Part shown: in pieces, positions 36,371-48,800 of the stretch
Layout: each line of letters begins with the position of its first letter
How positions within the stretch are numbered: position 1 is the stretch's first letter
Source of the DNA: Podarcis muralis
Lineage: Eukaryota
Assembly (NCBI RefSeq): GCF_964188315.1
Contig: NC_135655.1
Coordinates: 82,956,001-83,020,000, forward strand
Reading direction: 5' to 3'
DNA: 64,000 nucleotides
Notes under the pieces: generated by a model
What the model was told of the DNA's origin: nothing
Seen by the model: the letters and a program-made list of their open reading frames with translations, nothing else
The model's database searches: none
Program-made: the position numbers and the translations under genes

Positions 36371-37602
36371 AAATGATCCTCTTGAAATAGGCATACTACT
36401 GATAAAACTATCTTCTTTTTGCAAAACAAATGCAGTTAGCTTGCGAACATTTACCCCTAGTCAGCCACCAGTATTTAGTTTCATGATCAGTCTTATCTTT
36501 AGCTGTGCAAGATCTAATATAGATTTTAGAGCACAGCAACTTTTAATATGAGTCTTAAGCATACTAAACTTTTTTTTCTTTTTCTTTCCCAAGCTATAAC
36601 AAGCCAGGAAGTAGAGAGGTCAGGCTCCATCCTGATGCTGTCATACATTTGGCAAACGTATGTGGTATGCTACACTGCTACCTGTATTCATTAGCTAGCC
36701 CAACTTTGCTCTAGATAAGCAGATTCCAAAACCATTTTTTTTAAAAAAGAGGAAAAGCAAAGCAAAACGAGTCAGCCTATATGGAGCGTTGTAGTAAAAA
36801 GACAGGTTAATACAAAACGCTTGGAATGAGATGGAATTAATGCATGAATAGTTTTGTATACCCAACCCCTAGAATGAGTTAAATCAACTCCTTGTCTTTC
36901 TCCTTCCCTTTCCCTTTGCGTCTTCTTTGGTTTCGGAATGTATCTTGATGGTGGAGGTGGGAATGATTAGTGATAAAGAGTAGTAGGGTCTTAGTTCAGA
37001 ATACCATAGAACTGTGTGCCAGATGTAAGACAACATCAGCGTGAACCTCAACCGCAGATTTCCTGTCTTGTTCTACATCAGCAAAGGACAGATGCAGGAG
37101 ACAGGAATCGTAACTCATGTTCGGCGCGTTTTGCAACGATGGATGTGCGCTGGGTTTTTTCTGGCATCTTTATGCTGCTGACAAAGGAACGGGGAGAGTG
37201 GCTTTTCGCAAAGCATCACATCCTTTTGTGAGGTTGTGTTGCAGAGGGAAAAGTGTTTCCTGAAACATGCAGGCGCTCTGTGAAAAGCCACTGCTGCAGC
37301 ATGCCGTTGTATGAGCCTGTAGCAAGGCGCCAAAGGTGTGCTTTGCTTAGCAACCTGGAATCACAAGCCGGCAAGCGGTTGATGCTTGCTGGAGCTTGCA
37401 GAGCTGCTGCTGTGCAATCTGTGGGACTATCAGTGGGACTTTCTGGGGAAGCCCCCACAAAACCCCAGTAAATTTGGTATCTCAAATCAGCACTTAATTG
37501 TACCTGCTACCACTTTAATTAAAAGCTACATCCACATAGGTCCTTTGCCTCTGCTTCAGTTAACATTTCTGTTACACAATGGCCCCTTGCAGCTTTCTCG
37601 GA

Positions 37603-37750
37603 AACATAGCTCAGTGTGGGTGAGCACTAAATTCTCGATTTCAGGGTTGTGGATTCGAGCCCCATGTTGGGCAAAGGATTCCTGCATTGCAGGGGGTTGG
37701 ACTAGATGACCCTTGAGGTCCCTTCCGACCCTACAATTAGATGATTCTAT
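37603..37750 (+). mobile_element. SINE with tRNA-Lys-like head and CR1-type tail
   Basis: tagctcag...cagggttgtggattcgagccccatgttgggc then gattcctgcattgcagggggttggactagatgaccc; same family as 6899-7034. Confidence 0.75.
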
Positions 37751-38017
37751 GTGAAAGTTGTGCTGTATTTGGGCCATGTTTTTGTACTGAGATGTTATGA
37801 ATTGAAAGCACATAGAGCCTAGGAGGAGGAGGTGGAGAAGAAGAAGAAGAAGAAGAAGAAGAAGAAACATTTTAGTAAGAATATTAGTAGTAATCAGTGC
37901 TTTTTTTCTAGAAAACTCACTATGAAGTTGTTACAATAAATGTCAGTTTTTAACAAAAAAAAAGAGGTTCTGGTACTGTGTACCCTTGAATACCCGGGGG
38001 GGGGGGCACTGGCAGTA

Positions 38018-38243
38018 CAGTGGTACCTCAGGTTACATACACTTCAGGTTACATATGCTTCAGGTTACAGACTCCGCTAACCCAGAAACAGTGCTTCAGG
38101 TTAAGAACTTTGCTTCAGGATAAGAACAGAAATCGGGCTCCAGCGACGCAGCAGCAGCTAAAGTGGTGCTTCAGGTTAAGAACAGTTTCAGGTTAAGTAT
38201 GGACCTCCGGAACGAATTAAGTACTTAACCTGAGGTATCACTG
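38018..38243. mobile_element. Tigger-like MITE
   Basis: TA-flanked TIRs CAGTGGTACCTCAGGTTA...TAACCTGAGGTATCACTG; internal ttcaggtta repeats. Confidence 0.8.
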
Positions 38244-40002
38244 TAGTTGGTTTTCCTACAAAGAAGTAAGCATGCAGCTTCCCCCTTTGAAGTGTGTTTC
38301 AATGCCATGTACAGGCAAATATTCTAGCTGTATCTATTGTCAGTTAGTTAATTACTTTGATTGATCACATTTGCAGTAGCCCCTGTTTTTCCCCAGGGAG
38401 ATTAGGGACAGCCTACATGGGAATATCCTATAGCCTTCCTTTGTTACGATTTTAATTCAGCACATTAATTATGGTGACAGTTATTAGAAACATTTTTATC
38501 CCACCTTTCCATAGAAATAGCCAAGGTTGCTAACAACATCAAAACAATCAAATAGTGATCAATCATTATCATTTACAACCCTTTCTCTGTTGGCCTTTGG
38601 GGGGGGGGCGGTCCTCTCTGTGCCTCCAGAGCATATTCTAGGCTCAGAGAGAAGAAAGTCAGTTTTACGGATCAGAGAGAAGGAAAACAGGCAGTCTTAA
38701 CAGGGAGAAGTGTTCAGAAAGGCCTGTGGAGTGAGATGGGACGCTGAGAGTCACAGAGAAATGAACAGAGAACGGGTTAAAAAGAAGGCACTGAATTAAA
38801 ATTCAAGCAAAAAGTTTTCCCACAGTTAATGTGGAATCTGTGCACCACCACTACTCTTCTCATTGTCTTCCTAGCTCTATTTTTTCTACTCTCTTTTCTC
38901 TGTTTCCCTGCTCCACAGATCTCTCTGTATCCCCATCTTGCAGTTCTCCTGGTCTCTCACTCTTTACCCACTATAGGAATCAGGTGCTGTGTATACCTCC
39001 TTCCGGAAACTCCTGCAAGCAAACATATTGCTCTGCTTTCCTTTGGACCACATCATTGAGATGGGGGGGGGGCGGTCTTGTTGTCTGCGCAGCCCAGGAT
39101 CTCCATACATTACTCCCCAGGCTTGTGCACTTAAGAAGTCACTTCAGTGCACCTCCTTTTCTCTCGAGACACTGCCAACATTAAAGAACCTCCAAAGCTC
39201 AGCTACCTTCTCCCCCCCTTCCCCAGCCCACTATGCAGGAAACTCTCTCCTTTCCCATTTCCCAATATCCTCTTTTTCTTCCTTCCATTTTTTCCTTTCC
39301 CCTCTCCTCCTCCTCATCAGGAAGTTCAGCAGCAACAAGTCAAAAAGCTTTCATTCACAGAAATCTGTCTTGTTTATTAGTGCGTATTGTTCATTAGTGT
39401 GCATACATTAGTACTGTATTGTTAATTGTTTTGATTTATTTCTATTGTTTTTAATTTGTGTATTTTGTGCTTTGTATACTGTAACTTTGTGTTGTGGACC
39501 ACCCTGAGACCTATGGATACAGGGTGGTATATAAATTCAATAAATAAATAATAAATAAATATTTCTGGAAGAGTCGCCTGAGCTGTGTAGAATGACTGGC
39601 TGCAACAGGCAGTGGCGGAGCTTCATGCTCCGGCAATGGGGGGCGGAGAGCAGGCAGGGCTGGGGTTGGCACATGCCCCGGGGGCATGGTGTGCATCCTG
39701 GGGGCGTGGCGTGGTGCCTGAGGGGGCGTGGTGCCCAGCACGGGCAGGGGGGGCAGCTGCGATGGCACCCCACCAGGATCGTGCTGCTGGGGCGGTGAAT
39801 TCCCCCGCACTCCTCTTCCTCTGCCAGTGACAGCAGGCAGGAACTGGGGAGTGGGGAAGAGAAGCAATAGAGAGGGCAGGGTGTTGGCTTTCCCTCTCGC
39901 ACCTCCACCCTCCCTTTATGGTGCTGGCAGCAGATTCGGTTATGTAAATATAAATCTGCTCCAGTGACACAGAAAAAGAGGGATGTTGAAATCCATATAC
40001 CA

Positions 40003-40397
40003 GTCAGCATGGTATAGTGCTTACAAGTATTGGACTAGGACTTAGGAGTCCAGAATTCAAACTCTCATTTATCAATGACGCTCACTGGGTGACCTTGGCC
40101 AGTCACTGTCTCTCAGCCTAAACTACCGTATTTTTTGCACCATAACACTCACTTTTTTCCTCCTAAAAAGTAAGGGGAAATGTCTGTGCGTGTTATGGAG
40201 GGAATGCCTACGGGTGGCATGCCTACGGATTTTCCTCCTCTAAAAACTACGTGCGTGTTATGGTTGGGTGCGTGTTATAGAGCGAAAAATGCGGTATCTC
40301 ATAGGTTTGTTCTGAGGATAAAAGAGGGAGAGAGAGAAGCTTACACACCGTCTTGCGCTCCTTGGAGAAAAAGTGACGTATAAATGTAATAATAAAT
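40003..40397 (+). mobile_element. Squam3/MIR-related SINE interrupted by a MITE
   Basis: SINE halves rejoin across 40126-40294 at a duplicated TA. Confidence 0.75.
40126..40294. mobile_element. Tc1/mariner-superfamily (Tc2/pogo-like) MITE
   Basis: TA|CCGTATTTTT...AAAAATGCGG|TA; about 5 differences from 62851-63018. Confidence 0.85.
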
Positions 40398-43300
40398 GAA
40401 GAAAACAAAATATTTAGCAGCAAAAGGTGAACTTGGGTAAGAATAGCCAAATCGTTGTGTTGCCCATTGGTTAATTTTTTTGTTTTCCCCCAAGTTGAAT
40501 GTAATTCCAGTATTGGAGCTTGGCTGAGGAGGTATGCACCTGGAAGGCACAGAGAGCAGGGAGGTAAGCAGCAAGCAGGGAAAGGGCTCTGTACTTAACA
40601 AGCTATGTGCCCCCTTAGTTTTTAAAAACAGACAGTCACATTATCTTTCCATGCGAATGGCACATATCTGTGTGGCTCTTAGAGGACTCCATACTGAAAA
40701 TGGAAATAGCCACAAGCCATAGGAATTATGTACTTCAGGAGGGCACAAATGGAGAAGGGCGAATAGTGGGCCAACAGGATTTGTGCTGTGCAAACCTTAA
40801 GTTCACTAAGAAATCAGCTGAATGCATAAATCAACAGCTGACTTCACTATAGCACAGAGCCAGTGCTGTAACTAACCATAACCATGACTGGTCGAAACCA
40901 TATACAGTATTGTGAGTTGCTATCACTCTCTATTTAAATTAGAGCCTGAAATTTGGAATTAGAATTAAATGAGAAAAGTTCTAATCAGTGGCACCTATTA
41001 TCCACCATTTATAATGATTTTATTAATTACATGTAGGTAATTTTGATTTGCTGATAACTAAATAAATGTGAAGATGATCTTTGAATGTGTGAAACTTTTA
41101 TAAGCTACATGCCATTGGCAGCACCCAATCTTCTGCCTTCCTAGATCACGTGTCTGGTGTTGGGATACCTCTCCCAACATCCTAGTAACACTACTGACCA
41201 GAGCACAGATGCAAAGACTTATCCTAACACAAAACCCACTCTTGAATATGCCTGTCACTGTGCATAAATGCTATGATGTCCTGAAACCTTAAGGCTTTTC
41301 CCAGATCCTCCAAGTGTCCCTATTTTCCAGGGACATCCCTGATTTAAAGAAGCTGTCCTGGTTTCTGATTTCATCCCAGAATGTCCCACTTTTCCTTAGG
41401 ATGTCTTTTTTTCATTGGAGAAATGTTGGAGGGTATGGAGTTTTCTGGCCTCCGAGCCGTCTGAAGGCAATCCTATATAGGGAAGTTTTTAAATGTTTAA
41501 TATTTTATGTTTTTATATATGTTGGAGGCTGCAAAGAGTGCCTGCGGCAACCCAGTAAGATGTATGGAGTATAAATAGTTTAATTATCATTATGGAAAGG
41601 GACGGCCCTATTTTCAACAGAGAAATGTTGGAGGGTATGCATTTCCTATACTAAAATAATATTCTCCCCACTCTCAATAGATTCAGTCAGTCAATGAACT
41701 GAGAGGCTGACTCAGTCAGGGTAAAACAAGATAAACTACAGTAACGATTCAGTAATGTCACACAGAATCTTAGAAAGTTGAGGCAATAATTGCAGCTATT
41801 AAGTTGGGTGTAAAGATTATTCCAGTTTGTAAACTGATAGGGGCCTGGAAGCATCAACAAATACATATAGGTGCTTGTGTATGTGGCTACACCCACCCAC
41901 CCACACGTAAACAGGTAAGAACTTTAGTATCTCATCCACAATTCAGAGCACTTCCAGACTCTTGCTCTTTTCAGATGAGATGCAAGCAATCACATGCTGG
42001 CAAATTCAGCTTGCACTATTATATTATTATACAACAAACCCGCTTCCCACAAAGACCTGACTTTTTGTGATCAGGAAAATGACAAGAAAATGAAACACTT
42101 GCTTTGATGTAGGTTCGCCAGAGCTCCCAACAAACAAATCTGAATGCTCATTTTAAAAGTCCAATGCTAATCTCCCTGCAAGCAAATCTGAATGAATGCA
42201 CCACGAACAAATCACCAGGAAGTACCTTCGGGAGCAACTGGGGAAAAGGTATCCCTGTTTAACAACTAGCTGTGGTGCTCTTAAGATGTGCCTGAACTGT
42301 ATTGGTATGGGAAGTGACTTCTATGTATATGTTAGTGAAATCATGAACATCTGGAATCCATCAGGGTAGCAGCCGTGATCAAACTCAATCTCTCTTGCTT
42401 CTCCAAAATTCAGGCCCCGTTGCCACTGAGCTATAGAAGGAACCATAGTAGTAGCTGGAAGTGAGAGGCATGTGATATATAGGGCAGCAATCACAGGCAT
42501 ATAAACATACACACAGTTCTGCTCAGTGCTATACGAACAAGGTTTTTGCCAATGGCAGATTAAATAGTCATTGGGTCTGAAACATGGTCCAAGGCTCCTT
42601 TCTCCAATTGCTCAGAGGGCTCCAAGTTTACAAACAACTGTAATTCCCATTTGGCTTGTTTTTCACCATCTAGCTTTGCTCCCCACCCTCCTAGTCTCAC
42701 GGAATAAGTAGGCAGGAACACACAGGTACAGAGCTATCACCAGAAAGCAATTCTGCATGCATCATTAGAGTGTTATGGGCGTAGGATCAGTTCTCATAGC
42801 ATCACCACTCAACTTAAGAACATATGAAGAGCCTGCAACAGCAGACCAATGGCGCATCCAGTCCAGCATCCTGTAAAATTGCGTAATTGCAAATTAATTG
42901 ACATATTAACGGGCTGGCCTTCTCCCCCTCCAGAAGAGGTGGCAACTCTAAAACAACTGAGTCAGAGGAAACTTGGATCTGGGCCCCCTAGTTCCCCAGG
43001 GGCTGGGCTTGATACCACTGCGTGGGCTTGATGGATGATCCTCATCGCTAACTCAATATTTTTTATGGGGCTCCCAGATGCCTGGAGAAGAGCTCACTGG
43101 AACGTGTTCAGTGATTATTGGGAAATGGGTCTTACTAGCCCATCCTGCAAAGATTGGAACGTGGCATATGCGTCAAGACTGAGTAAGCAGCTGCTGGAAA
43201 ATAGGGGCGTTTTCTTTTCCGCAGCACCTCTTAGCTGTGTGACTTTTATTCGGCTTTTATATTTTCATACGAAAATATTGTATATTTTCTTTGTCCCTGG

Positions 43301-45039
43301 AGCCCTTGGTGCATCCTGAAATCTCCTTTGCACTTTACCCTAATTAGACCTGGACGTTATTAACCCTTCCACCATCTTATGACTATCTTAAGAGTACTGT
43401 ATTAGAAACCGCAGAAGGGAGGGGTCTCTATGCAACTGTTGTTAGCGGGATAATTGGTGGTGTGAGTGACAGCAGGAATCAGGGCAAGCAAGCTGAAGGG
43501 AGAAGAACAAGGGGCGTTTCTAGGCACTTAAAGGACTTACAGGCACAGGCCCGTGGCACAAATTTCCCAGGGTCGTCAATGGCACTGTGCTTTGTTGCAT
43601 GCTCAGCAGACCACTCTCATCTAAGCAGAGTAAAAATATATGATGGTTTTAAAAGGAGGGGTACAGAAAGCTCCATGGGTAGCCCCTCCCAGTGCTCTTG
43701 GATAACACACCTCTTTACCTGACTGCTGAATTTGTATCATTATGTTCTATTTGAAATGGTTTTTATAAGTTTTATCACTGTAAAGGTTTCATCTGTTTTT
43801 GTAAGGCTGCATACATTTAAAGAACATCCCCCCCAAACCCCAATGATCCTGGAAACTGTAGTTTGTTGAAAATACTGGGAATTGTAGCTTCATGAGGGGT
43901 AAACTACAATTATTTGCGTTGGTGTGCCTTTCATGTATGGTGCGTACACAGTCTAATTTTATATTTTATTTTTGTAACCTGATGGTGAGCAGTGGATAAG
44001 AAATCTTATAAATAAATAGAAATGAATAATTATGTAAACACCTTGCAGAGAATCTTGAACTTTAGAAAGAAGCAGAAGGCAGGTCATTTCCTAAAGAGCC
44101 TCACAACTTCATCTTAACATATGATCAAACAGACAATGAAATGTACCCAACTTTTTGTACTCAAATAAATTTCTGGTATATGTTATATGTGCTTCCACAG
44201 AAATAGCTCTTTAGCCCCAGGCAGGGTTGCCACCTTTTATTTTTATTTTTATTTTTTTGCTGGCTCTGCTTTTAAGTCTTTTATCATCATCTTAGCTCAC
44301 AGAAAACCATCACTCCATGTCACCTGTTAAATTTATGTTTCAGGTTGCTGCTAAAGATATGGGGCTGGTGGGGTTGGCTTTTTTTTTTTTTTTTAAGTGG
44401 TAACAGTATCCCAAGCCAATCTGAATGGCACAGATAAGCACAGGGGTACAGTTTCTTTACACGATGATCCCTAACTATGTTAACACAGTAGTTTTTTATA
44501 GAAAGCAGCTGACTCGGATCAGTTCCATGTCAGAAAGCATAATGCAGTGCCATCTTTCTGGGGTTATTGGTCCTGGTTGAACTATTAAGAGGGATCCCAA
44601 AACAATGCAGCGTGCAGCTTAGTAGATTGACTTGCTGAGGCTGCAATTTACATGCACGTTTACCTGGGAGTAAATCTCAAAAGGATGTACTCCACCTTCC
44701 AAGAAAACACATACAGGGCTGCACGAGAAGAACAGTCTTGTTAGGCAACTCCGACCGCTAAAAAGGATGCTGAAAGTTAGTTGGCATGTGTGGCTATTAG
44801 GGAAGGACCGGGCAGCATGGAAAAAAAAAAAAGGAAAAAAAAAGTCTGCTGGTTACCCTATTGGATTTTACGCTCCTTGCTTCTTTACCCAAAGGGGTGA
44901 GACTTTGCCCACCGATCTTGCCCGCTTCTGCTACCCGGCCAGTAGGAGGGCAACATGCAAATTACACTACGGCACTTTGAGGGTCGATTGGCCAAGAAAG
45001 CACTGATGTCACAAACCCCTTACAATAATTAACAGTAGA

Positions 45040-45628
45040 ATGGGTGGGTGGGATGGGGATGCGGAGGGGGGAGGTTGCATGTACTGGATCAACAGCGACG
45101 GGAGTGGAAGGAGACGAAGAAGAGAAGAGGAGGGGAGGGGGGTTTCTCCCTGCGTAGCCTTGCCAGCTCTTAATGGAAAGAGCGTGTCCAGCTGGCAGGA
45201 GTGCACTGGGAGAGCGAGGGGGGAACGGATCGGGGCGGCGGGGGGCTTCCTCCTTCCTCCTCCTCGCCCCATTCCCACTCCCTCCCCACCGCCTCTTCTT
45301 CTCCATCCTTCCACCACCGCTGTGGCTCTCCCGTGTCTCCGCTCCTCGGCCTCCCCCTGCGGTGAGCCTTCTGGTGACCCCTCCCTGCCGGCTTGGCCGG
45401 GGGCCGGAGTGGAGCTGGCCCTGGTTCAGCGGAGGAAGCCGGCAGCCCATTAAAGCAGGTGTCACATGTTCCTTCACCTGGGTCACTTGGCATGTGCAGG
45501 CGCCACGATTTCCCTTTAAGAGCCCAGCCTGGAGAGGCGAGGGGGACCCTGGGGGCAGGATCCAAGGAGCAGTGAGCCATGGTTCCCACTGCAGACCTGG
45601 ACCGCTCCTTCTCCCCCACACCCGTGTT

Positions 45629-45661
<33 letters not shown>

Positions 45662-45700
45662 TACACGTAGGGGCCCATGCAGCCCTAGTATGTGAGATCT
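45040..45700 (-). promoter_or_regulatory. GC/CpG-rich island, likely CLCF1 promoter or first-exon region
   Basis: Highest GC and CpG density upstream of CLCF1 exon 2, G-tracts, (TC)n(AC)n; abuts the assembly gap; link to CLCF1 is inferred from position. Confidence 0.5.
45478..45493 (-). CDS. CLCF1: Candidate CLCF1 coding exon 1 (ATG CCA AGT GAC CCA G; MPSDP-G)
   Basis: 16 nt, phase 1, CAG|GTGAAG donor: same length and phase as human exon 1 (MDLRA-G) but no sequence similarity; other candidates exist. Confidence 0.25.
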
Positions 45701-45738
45701 ATTACAATCCCACCCACCTCTTTTCCTCCGCCACAAAA

Positions 45739-45879
45739 NNNNNNNNNNNNNNNNNNNNNNNNNNNNNNNNNNNNNNNNNNNNNNNNNNNNNNNNNNNNNN
45801 NNNNNNNNNNNNNNNNNNNNNNNNNNNNNNNNNNNNNNNNNNNNNNNNNNNNNNNNNNNNNNNNNNNNNNNNNNNNNNN
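45739..45879. other. Assembly gap (141 N)
   Basis: Direct reading. Confidence 1.
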
Positions 45880-48800
45880 CACCTCCTGACCAGCAGATCA
45901 AACCAACAGAACTGAAAGGGGTTGAAGATGCCAAGCCATCAGTAAAAACAGGCATCATTGAAATAAGCAAATGAAATCCCTGACCAAGATGGGCCTGCTT
46001 TGTATGTCTCCCTTCACGCAAGCATTGTTTTAAGTCATGGTAGGTTGCAAAGGGGGTGTGCGAACCTTTTAGGAGGCCCCCGGCTGCCAGAACTTACAAT
46101 ATAGCACAAGAAGTTGCAACCAATATTGGAGCAGTGAGCAATGACCATATTTTGTTGGTGTCTCCCCCTTAACATTTGGGAAGCAGCAGAGTGTCTGACC
46201 TCACCTCAACGACACTGGCAAAACGAAGGCTGCAATCCTAAGTAGGCTAGCTAGGGAGCAAATCTGCATTGCAGCTGACAAGTAGAAACAACAACAGTAA
46301 TAATAATAATAATAATATTTATACCCCACTCTGGGCAGCTTACAGCATATATAAAACATAGTAAAATATCAAACATTAAAAACTTCCTGATACAGGGCTG
46401 CCTTCAGATGTCTTCTAAAAGTTATGTAGTTCTTTATGTCCTTGACATCTGAAGGGAGGGCGTTCCACAGGGACGGTTCTACTACCATATAGAAGCCGCG
46501 GCCATAAACTAGAAGTGGGAAATGTGAATAATAAAACAGTCCAGACCTTCGCGGAACAACGGCGCTCCGACATTGCAAAGAGGTTGTATCAAAGCTGACT
46601 AGAACATACGTTCAATTAAAAACACCCTCTCTTCTATTAGCAGTATTCAAAAGTGACGCATCCCAGACAGGAAGGCTTTTATGGCATTACATGCGAAAGT
46701 ACACTAAAACAGGGGAGATGATTTCAATCTCTAGTGCCCCAAGGTGGTGCGTGCAAACATACAGAGCAATGCTTTCTCCAGATCCACATCTTGAGTTGTG
46801 GCTGCAAAGGACAGCAGTGAAAGGAGGACTTTAGGGGAGAAGTTGAGGGCCTCATTCAGCAGAAGAGCTCCCAAACATGGCAGGGATGACTTACCAGATT
46901 TGGAATACAGGTTTTGAAGTAAGTGGAAAAAAATACACATTATCATCAAAGGAATCCCAAACCCTTTAAAGCCAGCAACAACTGCACTGATGGAGACCAG
47001 CCTAGTGCCAGAAAAGTCGTCGGCTGCTTTCTGAACTCAAGCATATCTTCTTCGCCTGTGCTAAACTTAAAAGAAACTAACAATGTTCTGTGATACCACA
47101 CAGTTAGGACAAAAAATGCCCTACTACCCACCACACTTGTGCCTCGGAAATGTTTCCCCTCCAAACATTTCAGGGCCTCTCCTAAATTTTCATACCCAAA
47201 TAATTTTTTGGCGGGGGCCATTTCATAGCGCTACAGGCCCTCCAGACAGCAATAATGTGTTAGCATTGGGGAAGCATCCCAGAAAGAATAAAGCAAAATA
47301 AATCCACCATAAAATGAACTGTTGCTGTGTCAAGAACATGTTGCAGAATACACCCATAAGTGAACACCAGCTTGGAGGAACCCTTTGAGATATTATGCCT
47401 GGAGGACAAATCTACCTGCTCATATCTTTTGCCCCATGACAAACTGCTGTAGAAGAAGAATTTGGAACATCTAATATCTGCAGCAGTAAGAGGTATAAAG
47501 CAGTAAGGAAAAAAAAGGGATATATGCAGACCAATACCTGCAATCAGCACTTGTAGCATTTTAGGAATTCTCTTTCCTGAAATAACTGATTTCTTGAATG
47601 GATAAAGTCATAGAGAGATGTCATGTTATTTTAAGATAGGCTGTAATATATATGACACACAAAGGAACAAAATTCACTAGAAACGTAGACTTAACAACTG
47701 TGCTTTTCCAATCAGATCATTTATATTATGCCCCCTAAACAATACACACCACTGGTTTCTGGTCAGTTTCCAGGCTCAATTCAAAGTGGGGTTTTTTAAC
47801 CTTTAAAGCTCTTCATAGTATCTATATGCTAAGATCTTCAACAGAGGTCCTTCTCTGGGTTCCCCCACTGTTAAGGAAAAAATCCTGGGGTACAGGACTT
47901 ACTCCACAACCCAGCTCGTTGGGGTGCCACTCCCCACGGGTCCCTCTGGTCAGCAAAGAAGGAGTCTCCATCCAAGTTACAGAAGCAAATCAGTGGTCAG
48001 TGGACCTGATCTTTATTTGTTGCAACCAAGGTTCAAATGCAAAAAGAGAAAGAACCCAGAGCATGGGGCTGCGCAGACTTCTGAAACTTTCCCAGCTTTC
48101 CCATAATACGTCACTCACATGATCATCAAAATGTCACGAAAGAGGAGTGGTTGTCATGCAGAAACATGAAACTGTCACCCACCCCTGTCAATCATTCCAG
48201 TTCCCAACAACTTTTAACTACCCTCTTCCGCAAAGAACAATAAAAGTATTTAAAATCCCCCTAGCTGCAAAGCTTTCCTGCATTTCTCCTTTGAAAGTAT
48301 CAGGATTCAATCCACCATCCTAATGAGATTCTGCCCTTGATTGCCTCTTGCCTCCTATTGTAAGGCTAAGTTCACATCTTACAGAGAGGCAAGGGATAAG
48401 TGACCATATGTTTAAGGAATTATGGAGGCAGGGTGAGCCCTGGATTCCTCTCTTCCAGAGGACTCATTAGCCATTGGAACCAAGGAAATCGGTCAAACCG
48501 TTGAATTTTGGTGATTATTTGAAGTTCCTACAATTTTCTATATTGGATAGTCGGAGGAAACAGTACGATATATTGTACAATTTATTGCTACAATTTTATA
48601 GACTGCTTTTCTGAGCCGCTTTGCTGTTGTGCATAGATGGTGCTTGTGTAAACGGTGAAGGAGATTAGTCTGGCTCATTGTCCTGGCCTTAGTTGGAGGC
48701 TGTGGTGGGGACCTGGGATTTTTGGGGAGTCGTTTAACTGCCCCCCACCCCTGGTTTTAATACCCACTATCTGAGGGAGGGTGCTATGAAGGGAAGGGCC

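Noticed and set aside
39511-40010. Cluster of 70-157 aa ORFs
   Set aside because: Lie in a GC-rich MITE-like repeat (CAGTGGCGGAGC...CTCTGCCAGTG)
44962-46021. ORFs of 137-283 aa over the GC island
   Set aside because: Stop-poor GC-rich and microsatellite sequence; the longest reads through the N gap
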